51,914 nucleotides of DNA. It comes from a virus. This document shows, piece by piece, positions 18,650 through 26,889 of this stretch; the stretch's first letter is position 1, and every line of letters begins with the position of its first letter. Below the pieces are notes generated by a model. That model saw only the letters and a list, made by a program, of their open reading frames with translations, made no database searches and was not told the origin of the DNA. The position numbers and the translations under genes were made by a program. The stretch is from IMG/VR virus record IMGVR_UViG_3300045988_086792, one strand, 5' to 3'.

Positions 18650-19323
18650 TGGAAGACACGATTCGCTTTGGCAAAGTTTCCAACATCGACTATGCCGCAG
18701 GAAAGATGGAAGTTGCATACGAAGACCGGGAAGACAGCGTAACAGATATGCTTGGTATGCTGTCGAACCGGGAATACCAGATGCCGAAAGTCGGTGACAT
18801 TGTTGCGGTGATCCACAATTCCAACGGCGCGGAAGAGGGTATCGTGCTGGGCACACACTGGTCGGACACGAACCCGCCGCCGGAGGGCGAAGAAAAGCTC
18901 TACCGGAAAGACTATGACGAAGAACCGGGGAAGTGCATGACCCGGTACGACGGCCAGAAAGAAGAATTTCTTTTCCATACCGATGGCGAAGTGATAACTG
19001 AGATCAAGAAAGACCGGACGGAGACGGTGGAGCAAAACCAGAAGAGCACCGTCAAAGGCGACGCAACGCTGGAAGTTAAAGGCAAGCTGACTGTGAAAGT
19101 CGGGAGCTGCACCGTGACCATCCAAGGCGGCACGGTGGAAATCAAAGGAGGAGCAAAACTCAGCATGAGCGCTCCGACGATTTCCATTGACGGCAGTACG
19201 GTAAATATTACCGGCGGTGGCGGCGATGCAAAGATCGCTGGAATCAGTCTGGTAAATCATACCCACAAATACACTGCGCCGCTGCATCAGTCTGGATTGG
19301 CCGAGACTATAAAACCGACATAA
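18649..19323 (+). CDS. Baseplate assembly protein V / central spike
   Basis: 224 aa. FGKVSNIDYAAGKMEVAYEDREDSVTDMLGML...GDIVAVIHNSNGAEEGIVLG is a gpV OB-fold pattern. Confidence 0.7.
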   Translation: MEDTIRFGKVSNIDYAAGKMEVAYEDREDSVTDMLGMLSNREYQMPKVGDIVAVIHNSNGAEEGIVLGTHWSDTNPPPEGEEKLYRKDYDEEPGKCMTRYDGQKEEFLFHTDGEVITEIKKDRTETVEQNQKSTVKGDATLEVKGKLTVKVGSCTVTIQGGTVEIKGGAKLSMSAPTISIDGSTVNITGGGGDAKIAGISLVNHTHKYTAPLHQSGLAETIKPT

Positions 19324-19344
19324 CCGGGCAGGAGGTGAAGCTAG

Positions 19345-19737
19345 ATGTGGATTGGCTGTTTCGGCGAGCTGGTCTTTTCCGTAAGCAGCCGCAGGATTTT
19401 TACACCTGATGGAATCAGCGGGAGTACGGGCAGCGAATGGGCAACGCATAACGTCATTGGCGGAAAGCCGAAAAGCGAGATGACCGGAGCAAAGCTCAAG
19501 AAATACAAATTCACGGTTACGCTCGACTCCAAACTTGGAGAGCCGCCGCGCATTATGCTGGCGCTGATCCACAAGATGGTTGAAGAGGGCAGGGTTGACT
19601 ACCTGATTATCGGAAGCGCTCCGGTTGGAATGTGCCAATACAAGATGACGGATGTTTCGGAAGAATGGGAATGCGTCGTGGCGGGCGGGAAGCTGGTACG
19701 CTGCAAAGTTGAGATCACCTTGGAGGAATATGTATGA
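19345..19737 (+). CDS. Tail protein, P2 gpU-like
   Basis: 130 aa. FSVSSRRIFTPDGISGSTGSEWATHNVIGGKPKSEMTGAKLKKYKFTVTL fits the GpU-family pattern. Confidence 0.6.
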   Translation: MWIGCFGELVFSVSSRRIFTPDGISGSTGSEWATHNVIGGKPKSEMTGAKLKKYKFTVTLDSKLGEPPRIMLALIHKMVEEGRVDYLIIGSAPVGMCQYKMTDVSEEWECVVAGGKLVRCKVEITLEEYV

Positions 19738-20039
19738 CGCTTGGAACTGCACAGATCGTCTTTGAATCTTCGACCATAGAAGAAGCGGAAGATGTCTGCG
19801 AATGCCTGAAAGTGCTGTATTCCACAAGGGCCGGAGAGCTGGGGCTTGACCGGGACTTCGGGATTTCCGTGGATGCAGTTGACCGTCCAATCGCTGTTGC
19901 AAAAGCGCTCATCTCTGCCGAAATCGTCCGAAAGACCAAAAAATATGAGACCCGCGTTGAAGTTGCCCGCATTGAGTGGGACGACTCAAAAGTTGGCGGG
20001 GGAATTTTGATCCCAAAGGTGGTGTTGCAGAGTGTCTGA
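19734..20039 (+). CDS. Baseplate wedge protein, gpW/gp25-like
   Basis: 101 aa. LKVLYSTRAGELGLDRDFGIS is a GPW_gp25-type motif. Confidence 0.65.
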   Translation: MTLGTAQIVFESSTIEEAEDVCECLKVLYSTRAGELGLDRDFGISVDAVDRPIAVAKALISAEIVRKTKKYETRVEVARIEWDDSKVGGGILIPKVVLQSV

Positions 20040-21183
20040 AATTGCCCAGCTTAAAAATCTGCCAGAGATCAGCTTTATTGACAATCTCACGATGAAAGAG
20101 GTTGAAGAAATTGCAAAAAGCGGATACAGCGAGTCGGTCAAAGCAGCGACTGGCAAAACGCCAACGCTCTATCCGGCCAGCGTTCCGGCGGTAATCCTGA
20201 AAGAAATGACGCTGCTCGCATACCAGATTTTGCAGTATGTTGATGCCGGCCCGAAGCAGACGCTTTTGAAATACTCTGCTCATGAGAATCTGGACAATCT
20301 GGCCGGAAACTATGGCCTGACCCGGCGGCAGGCAGAAAAGGCTACGGTGACGATCCGCTTCACACTGGCGGACGCAAAGCAGCCCGGTGCCGTTGGCATT
20401 CCTGCGAAAACCCGCGTGAGAACTGAAGACGGCATCTACTTTGAAACGATGGAGTATGCGGAAATCTCACCCGGTTCCCAAAGTGTCGATGTGGAAGCCG
20501 AAGCGCTGGAAGAGGGCGCAGGTTCGTCCGGCATCGAAGAGGGTCAGATCAACCAACTGGTTGACCCGATTCCGTATGTTGCATCGGCGGTCAACGTGAC
20601 GGCCAGCAGCGGGGGAACAGACATCGAAAGCGATGATTCGCTGACGGAGAGAACGTATCTGGTTCCCTCTACCTACGGATGCGCAGGAACGCCGGACTCG
20701 TATGAGTATTTTGCGAAAGCATGGCGCAACGATGTGAAAGATGTGTCCGTGGAAAGCCCGTCTCCCTGTGTGGTGGATATTTATTTCACCTTGGCAGATG
20801 GCACGATTCCGAGCAAGGCAGACTGCGAAGCTATGCAGGAGCATCTGCGGGATGATGCCCGCCGCCCGCTGACGGATTTGGTGAACTGCAAAGCTCCGAC
20901 CGAGATCGAGTACAACATCAATGTCACCTATACCATCGCACAGAGTAAATCCAAAATTGCGATTACCGTTCAGAATGCGGTCAATGCAGCAATCGAAGAA
21001 TTCAAAGTGTGGCAGAGGTCAATGGGCAGAGATATTGACCCGGCGGAACTGATCGCGCAAATCAAAAACGCGGGAGCAAAGCGGGTGAAAATCACAGCAC
21101 CGACAGATGTTGTGGTGGCGAACACGCAGATTCCGAAGCTGGCAAGCTGCAACGTGGTGTACGGAGGGCTGGAAGATGACTGA
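20032..21183 (+). CDS. Baseplate protein J-like
   Basis: 383 aa, between the W-like and I-like genes. Confidence 0.75.
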   Translation: MSEIAQLKNLPEISFIDNLTMKEVEEIAKSGYSESVKAATGKTPTLYPASVPAVILKEMTLLAYQILQYVDAGPKQTLLKYSAHENLDNLAGNYGLTRRQAEKATVTIRFTLADAKQPGAVGIPAKTRVRTEDGIYFETMEYAEISPGSQSVDVEAEALEEGAGSSGIEEGQINQLVDPIPYVASAVNVTASSGGTDIESDDSLTERTYLVPSTYGCAGTPDSYEYFAKAWRNDVKDVSVESPSPCVVDIYFTLADGTIPSKADCEAMQEHLRDDARRPLTDLVNCKAPTEIEYNINVTYTIAQSKSKIAITVQNAVNAAIEEFKVWQRSMGRDIDPAELIAQIKNAGAKRVKITAPTDVVVANTQIPKLASCNVVYGGLEDD

Positions 21184-21811
21184 TCTCCGAGACGCGAGGC
21201 TGACGGATGTGCTTCCGAAGGCAGTTGCAGACCAGCAGGAGGCCAAGTCTCTGTCCGACGCATGGCATGACCTTACGGTGCTGATCCTTGATTTTGCAGA
21301 CAATGCGAAAATCTACACCGCCATCGACAGGGCATCGGATGAGCTGCTGGATATTCTGGCAGTTCAGTTCCGTACTCCAAGATACCGGCAGGATTACGAC
21401 ATTGAAACCAAGCGGCGCATGGTAAAGTCGTCGCTTCCGTATTACATGACCGTCGGCACAAAAGCAGCCGTGGAAGATGTCATGCGGGAAATGTACGGCA
21501 AGGCGTATGCGAAAGAATGGTTTGAGTACAACGGAACACCCGGCTGCTTCAGAATCAAAATCGACGCAGAAAAGCCTATTGACATTGAAGAACTGCTGGA
21601 CATTCTGCATCACGTCAAAAGGACAAGCGCCCATCTGGATACGCTGGAACTCTCCACAGAAGAAGTGCATGACCTCTTTTTCGGTTTTGCTTCTGTGACC
21701 GTTGGCAAGTGGTTTGGCTCCACGGTGAGCGGAGAAGAAACATTTGACTGGCTCGTAGATGCGGATGGGAATGCGCTGATGGATGCTGACAAAAATATCC
21801 TGACAGAATAG
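21176..21811 (+). CDS. Tail protein, P2 gpI-like
   Basis: Start at ATG 21176 (MTDLRDARLTDVLPKAV...), overlapping the J stop. ELLDILAVQFRTPRY motif. Confidence 0.7.
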   Translation: MTDLRDARLTDVLPKAVADQQEAKSLSDAWHDLTVLILDFADNAKIYTAIDRASDELLDILAVQFRTPRYRQDYDIETKRRMVKSSLPYYMTVGTKAAVEDVMREMYGKAYAKEWFEYNGTPGCFRIKIDAEKPIDIEELLDILHHVKRTSAHLDTLELSTEEVHDLFFGFASVTVGKWFGSTVSGEETFDWLVDADGNALMDADKNILTE

Positions 21812-21819
21812 GAGGAACA

Positions 21820-23310
21820 ATGTTTTTTCCGAAACTGATCCTTACGGATGCGGGCAGGGCGCTGATCGTAAAAGCGCTGAACGGAACCGCAATCAATTTT
21901 ACGAAGTTTGCGCTGGGCGATGGCACGGCTCCGAAAGAGCCGCGAAAGCTGAAAGCGCTGGTCCATCTGGCAGCCAATATGCAGATCAACAGCATTGAGC
22001 TTTCCGCAAACTGCGCAGTGCTGGAATCGACCTATACCAACAGTGGCTTGAAGTCAAAGCTGGTTGCGCGGGAGCTTGGCATCTTTGCCACAGACCCGGA
22101 TGAGGGAGAAATCCTCTATGCGTATGCCAATGCTGGAAGTGAAGCATCGGTCGTGCCGCCCGAAAGCGGCGATATGACTGTGCAGGAAACATTCCACATG
22201 GTTGTGACCGTGGGAGATGCAACGACCGTCACGGCAACATTGGGCGAGTATTCTGGTTATGCCAGCAAGGCAGACCTACAAAGCCATATTGACGACAAGA
22301 ATAACCCGCACAATGTCACGGCAGAGCAAATCGGCCTTGGCAATGTCCCGAATGTGACCCCGGCAAACCAGCAGCCGGTGTTCTCAAATGACTACATTAT
22401 GAAGTCGGATGGCTCCTATGATGTGCAGAACATCGCTTCCGGCGAAAAGATGGGAAATATCCTGCGCAAAATCCGCACAGCGGTTGCGGCATTTGTCGCA
22501 CACCTTTCTGCAAAGAATCCGCACAACATCTCAGCGGCGGATATTTCGGCGGCGGCGGAAGACCATAAGCACAGCGCGAACGATGTGACGACTGGAATTT
22601 TCCCTGTTTCCCGTGGCGGCACAGGTGCGGCGACGGCTACCGAAGCGAGAGAAAAACTTGGCGTTGCTGCAAAGGATCACAAGCACAATGCAAGCGATAT
22701 TCAGGGCGGAATGATTCCGGTTGCGAACGGCGGCACGGGTGCAAACAATGCTGCGTCGGCGTGCAGTAATCTTGGTGCGATGCGTACAGCGGGCGGAACA
22801 TTCAGTGGAACCGTTTATTTCGGCAGCAGCACATATTACGTCAACGCTTCCGGTGTGGCAAATTTCGCCAAGGCATATGGCGCAATGTACAACGATTACG
22901 CGGAGTTTTTTCCACGCGGCGGAAAAACTTCCCCCGGTGACATCGTTGCACTGGACGTGAGCAGCCAGAAAGAAAGATATGTCCGGGCAGATGCGGAAAG
23001 CCGTATGGTCGTCGGCATCCATTCGGATGAGTACGCTATGCTGATTGGCGGCGAGTCCGCGTTGGATGGCGAGGATTATGTAGAAAAGAACATCAAAAAT
23101 TATATCCCTGTTGCGCTGGCAGGCCGCGTTATGACGCGCGTGACCGGGCCGGTTCGCACCGGGGATATTATTATTCCGTCTGAATTTCCGGGTGTTGGCC
23201 GCGCCGCGATTGACGGGGACGCGCTTTCTTATTGGAACATCGTCGGATATGCTGTTGAGGGTGACAACCGCACAGATGAACGCAAGCTGCGCGTTCGAGT
23301 CGGGAGGTGA
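21820..23310 (+). CDS. Tail fibre protein (P2 gpH-like N-terminus)
   Basis: 496 aa. N-terminus FPKLILTDAGRALIVKALNGTAINFTKFALGDG. Repeated HKH(S/N)A.D...GGTGA units. Confidence 0.8.
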   Translation: MFFPKLILTDAGRALIVKALNGTAINFTKFALGDGTAPKEPRKLKALVHLAANMQINSIELSANCAVLESTYTNSGLKSKLVARELGIFATDPDEGEILYAYANAGSEASVVPPESGDMTVQETFHMVVTVGDATTVTATLGEYSGYASKADLQSHIDDKNNPHNVTAEQIGLGNVPNVTPANQQPVFSNDYIMKSDGSYDVQNIASGEKMGNILRKIRTAVAAFVAHLSAKNPHNISAADISAAAEDHKHSANDVTTGIFPVSRGGTGAATATEAREKLGVAAKDHKHNASDIQGGMIPVANGGTGANNAASACSNLGAMRTAGGTFSGTVYFGSSTYYVNASGVANFAKAYGAMYNDYAEFFPRGGKTSPGDIVALDVSSQKERYVRADAESRMVVGIHSDEYAMLIGGESALDGEDYVEKNIKNYIPVALAGRVMTRVTGPVRTGDIIIPSEFPGVGRAAIDGDALSYWNIVGYAVEGDNRTDERKLRVRVGR

Positions 23311-23316
23311 TGGAGG

Positions 23317-24186
23317 ATGGCAGTAAGCAGAGAAAATCTTATTTCTCCGCAGGATTATATCACGCTGAAAGAGCTGGTCAAGAAAGAAATTCAGCGCAGG
23401 AGCAATGCGGCAAGCGTTGGTTCCATGTCGGCCTATGCCGGGTCGAACTACGACTATTCCGTAACGCCTGCATCGAGAACCCAGAAGATCACAGACGAGC
23501 ATATCCAGAAGATCACGAAGCCGCTGGATGCGGTGACGGGCGGAAGCCTGACCCCGGCAGTACACGGGATGGTACTGGCAGAAGCGCTGAACTCGGCAGC
23601 GACCATGGTTGCTAACCTGTCGAAGAAAAGTGAAACATCTTCCGACACGGGATGCAAGGCGCAATGTTCGGGTCTGTGCTTTAGCAGCTGCTTTTCATCC
23701 TGCTCCGGTTGCACTGGAACTTGTACGGGAAGCTGTACTTCAAACTGCAAGGACTCCTGCACGGTGGATTGCACGGGGAGCTGCACCGGAACGTGCACTG
23801 GAACTTGTACGGGTAGTTGCTCTGACAGTTGTTCCGGTTGCGGCGGGTCTTGTTCCAATGACTGCACAGGAAGCTGTAAAGGGAATTGTCTGAACGGATG
23901 CAGTACGACATGTAAAAATGGCTGTTCAGGAAGCTGCAAGGGAACCTGCGATAGTACCTGTTCGGGTTCCTGCTCTGGCGACTGTTCCGGCTGCGGTGGC
24001 TCCTGCTCGAACGACTGTTCTGGCAGTTGCTCCGGCGACTGCACAGACGACTGCGAAACTTGCTATGCGGGGTGCGCCCGTGGCTGTGCGACTGGATGTC
24101 GAGATACTTGCTCGGTACAGTGCGACGATGAGGCGGCGTGTCATGGAACTTGCTCAGGAAATTGCTCTGGCGGATTTATGTGGTAA
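23317..24186 (+). CDS. Cys-rich CXXX-repeat protein (putative radical-SAM substrate; possibly structural)
   Basis: 289 aa. After residue 112 I count 44 Cys, almost all with a 4-residue period (CTGSCTGTCTGTCTGSCSDSC...). SD GGGAGGTG. Confidence 0.8.
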   Translation: MAVSRENLISPQDYITLKELVKKEIQRRSNAASVGSMSAYAGSNYDYSVTPASRTQKITDEHIQKITKPLDAVTGGSLTPAVHGMVLAEALNSAATMVANLSKKSETSSDTGCKAQCSGLCFSSCFSSCSGCTGTCTGSCTSNCKDSCTVDCTGSCTGTCTGTCTGSCSDSCSGCGGSCSNDCTGSCKGNCLNGCSTTCKNGCSGSCKGTCDSTCSGSCSGDCSGCGGSCSNDCSGSCSGDCTDDCETCYAGCARGCATGCRDTCSVQCDDEAACHGTCSGNCSGGFMW

Positions 24187-24200
24187 GGGTGGAAAGCGAT

Positions 24201-24794
24201 ATGAAAGAAAAAATCGTTCCCAATATGGAGCCGTTGTTTCTCTCTTATGAACGGCATAAGTGCTTGTGCGGATTCCTGACGATGCAGCACTTCAGCTCGG
24301 AAGATTTCGCAAAGGAGCTTCGGTATCTGCCGGATGAGAACAAGTTCTATCACGGCCTGTGTTACCTTGGCCTTTATCAGAATATCGGCGTTGATGATTT
24401 TTCCGCATGGCTGGACAATGCCCGGTCGGCGATTTCTGCCTTGGCGGAAGCCTGCGGACTGGAATTTGAAAACAATGTGGAAAAGGAACTGTATGCGTGG
24501 GGGCTTGCGGCAAGGAGTTTTCCGTTCGACGAATGGCACTCGGCGTTCCCGGTAGACGAAGAGGTGCTGCATTCTTTTATGGAAATGCAGATCGACACGA
24601 AGGAAAAAGTCTGGGCATTTTACAATGTCGGGACGGCGGCGCTGGATAAGATGGAGTTCACGCGGGGAGAGCAGAGGGACGCGTCACTGTTCATTCAGCT
24701 CATGAAAAAGACGCTGGATGCCAAAACGGACTACGAAACCCTCAAGAAAATCCATTACGACATGGAGAAAGGCGGAATCGTCTATGGAGAATGA
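24201..24794 (+). CDS. Hypothetical protein of the CXXX/rSAM cassette
   Basis: 197 aa from ATG 24201, 15 nt after the CXXX gene stop. No recognisable motif. Confidence 0.55.
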   Translation: MKEKIVPNMEPLFLSYERHKCLCGFLTMQHFSSEDFAKELRYLPDENKFYHGLCYLGLYQNIGVDDFSAWLDNARSAISALAEACGLEFENNVEKELYAWGLAARSFPFDEWHSAFPVDEEVLHSFMEMQIDTKEKVWAFYNVGTAALDKMEFTRGEQRDASLFIQLMKKTLDAKTDYETLKKIHYDMEKGGIVYGE

Positions 24795-25083
24795 AAAAAC
24801 TTTCATGCTGGCTGAAAGAGAGAACCTTTTGGTCGAGCGGCTGAATTACATCTTTGAGAGCAACCGCGCCATGGTAGCCATCTTGGCGCGGGAACTGGCC
24901 GGTGCGGAGAACACAACAGCGAAAGAAATGTTGCTGGAAGAAAAAGAAAGCTGCAAGCGGGCATTTCTTGAACTGCGTGTGGCGCAGGATGCTGTGCTGG
25001 ATGCAAAATTTTCCGGTCATCGCCCGGATAATATCCAGTTCAAATTCGACTTTCCCAACCGGGAGGTGACGTGCCAGTGGTGA
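24784..25083 (+). CDS. Hypothetical helical protein of the CXXX/rSAM cassette
   Basis: 99 aa. Overlaps the upstream stop by 11 nt and the rSAM start. Confidence 0.5.
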   Translation: MENEKTFMLAERENLLVERLNYIFESNRAMVAILARELAGAENTTAKEMLLEEKESCKRAFLELRVAQDAVLDAKFSGHRPDNIQFKFDFPNREVTCQW

Positions 25084-26411
25084 AGAAAAGCAAGATGTTC
25101 CGTCGCGGGGAGGACTACACGAATTTTGTACAGCGAATGTACCCCAAAACGGAAAATGGCGGCGTGGCCTGCCGGAACATTACATTCCAGATCACCGATG
25201 ACTGCAACATGAGATGCTCGTACTGCTATGAGCACCACAAAGCCTGCGGTGCAATGAGCTTGAAAACGGGCAAGCAGGTGGTGGACTACCTGCTGAACCT
25301 GTATGAACAGAACGACTCCGATTTCATCAATCAGCATACGAAAGGCGTTGTGTTGGACTTCATCGGCGGAGAGCCGCTGCTGGAAGCGGCGTTGATCGAG
25401 AGAATCTGTGATTACTGGTTTGCAGAGTGCTGGCGGCGCAAAATCCCGCTGGGGCCGTACACCCGCATTTCCTTTGCGACAAACGGCCAGTTGTGGTTCT
25501 CCCCGGCGGCGCAGCACCTTTTCCACAAGTACCATGATCTCATGTCGGTCACGGTGAGCATCGACGGCATCAAGGAGCTGCACGACAAGTACCGGCTGGA
25601 TGTGAACGGTATCGGCAGCTTCGACAAAGCATGGGCGGCGTTTCAGGATGGCAAGAAGTACGGCTGGCTGAACAGCAAGATGACGTTTGTGCCAGACAGT
25701 TTCAGTTACATCTACCCCAGCATCAAGATGATGGCAGAGCAGGGCTGCAAGGAAATCCATTGCAACTATGCACATGAGCCGGAGTACACGGAGGCTGACG
25801 CGGCTGCACTGTACCGGGAGCTGAAACGTGTGGCGGATTACCTCATCGGCGAAGCACCAGATGTCTGGGTGAGCATTCTGGGAGAACAGATCGGCAACCC
25901 GCACCCGGAAGACAAGAACTGGTGCGGCGGTACGGGTGCGATGTTGTCTTTCGCACCGGACGGAAAGGCGTATCCGTGCATCCGGTACGCACCAATCTCC
26001 GTCGGCAAAGAACTGGCCGCGCCGATGTGCCTTGGCAACTGCCGGGACGGCCTTTATACCACGGAGCAGCAGCGGAAGACCAAAGAAATGCTGGACGCGA
26101 TCACACTCACCACGCAGTCCACACAGGAATGTATCGACTGCCCGGTGGCGACCGGCTGTTCTTGGTGTTCCGGCTTCAACTATGAGGTCTACGGAACGCC
26201 CAATAAGCGCGTAACAAGAATCTGCAAGGCGCACAAGGGCCGCGTGCTGGCATCGTGCTACTTCTACAACCTGCGCAGCATCAAGTTGAGCGATGCAGAG
26301 CCGAAGAAAATCAACCTGCCCCGCGAAGAGGTTGAGCGGCTGATCGGAAAGCCGGAAGCGGATGCGCTGTTTGCTCTTGAAAAGGAGGCGGCGGAGCAAT
26401 GGGAATGGTAA
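25077..26411 (+). CDS. Radical SAM enzyme with C-terminal SPASM domain (peptide/protein maturase, anSME-like)
   Basis: CNMRCSYC (CxxxCxxC, nt 25203-25226). GGEPLL. SPASM-type C-x12-G-x4-C and CIDCPVATGCSWC. The start could be 25071, 25077 or 25095. Confidence 0.85.
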   Translation: MVKKSKMFRRGEDYTNFVQRMYPKTENGGVACRNITFQITDDCNMRCSYCYEHHKACGAMSLKTGKQVVDYLLNLYEQNDSDFINQHTKGVVLDFIGGEPLLEAALIERICDYWFAECWRRKIPLGPYTRISFATNGQLWFSPAAQHLFHKYHDLMSVTVSIDGIKELHDKYRLDVNGIGSFDKAWAAFQDGKKYGWLNSKMTFVPDSFSYIYPSIKMMAEQGCKEIHCNYAHEPEYTEADAAALYRELKRVADYLIGEAPDVWVSILGEQIGNPHPEDKNWCGGTGAMLSFAPDGKAYPCIRYAPISVGKELAAPMCLGNCRDGLYTTEQQRKTKEMLDAITLTTQSTQECIDCPVATGCSWCSGFNYEVYGTPNKRVTRICKAHKGRVLASCYFYNLRSIKLSDAEPKKINLPREEVERLIGKPEADALFALEKEAAEQWEW

Positions 26412-26659
26412 AACTGCCCGAAAAGGAACTGGCAACGGCATTCGCGGCGGCAGACTACATTCTGATCGTGCAGAAACGCACTGACGGAAAGCTGGACATC
26501 CGCCGTGCTACGCCGGAGCAGGTGGCAAAGGTGGTCGGTGACACGCTGGAAATCCAGAAGATCAAGGAAAACCAGAACAATGTAAAGCTGACCGCTACCA
26601 CCGATGCGCAGGGCGTTGTGACGCTTTCGCTTGGAGGTAGGACCGCATGGAAAACGTGA
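26399..26659 (+). CDS. Hypothetical fibre-module protein
   Basis: 86 aa. SD AAAGGAGG. Overlaps the rSAM stop. Confidence 0.5.
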   Translation: MGMVKLPEKELATAFAAADYILIVQKRTDGKLDIRRATPEQVAKVVGDTLEIQKIKENQNNVKLTATTDAQGVVTLSLGGRTAWKT

Positions 26660-26889
26660 TTCGCACAAAGTATGTCCGGGTTGACGGCGTACTGTACCAG
26701 CTTGTTGATGGAGAAGTACCGGAATGGGCGAAAGAAGAAGTCCCGGATGCCACCTTACTGCAAGAGGGCAAGGCGGCGGATGCCAAGAAAACCGGACAGG
26801 AAATCCAAAAACTGAAAGACCGACCGCATTTTTTCTACGATGAAGAGGGATACCTTACTTTCGACGATGGACGGGAGGAAGAACAATGA
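26647..26889 (+). CDS. Hypothetical fibre-associated protein
   Basis: 80 aa. DATLLQEGKAADAKKTGQEIQKLKD resembles motifs seen in fibre proteins of Firmicutes phages. Confidence 0.5.
   Translation: MENVIRTKYVRVDGVLYQLVDGEVPEWAKEEVPDATLLQEGKAADAKKTGQEIQKLKDRPHFFYDEEGYLTFDDGREEEQ

Noticed and set aside
23653-24183. Periodic DNA repeat that might suggest a CRISPR array or satellite.
   Set aside because: The period is 12 nt (four codons), without spacers of constant length. The region is one continuous ORF. The periodicity is at the protein level (CXXX). The antisense ORF 23454-24044 (PEQ-rich) is a shadow of the repeat.
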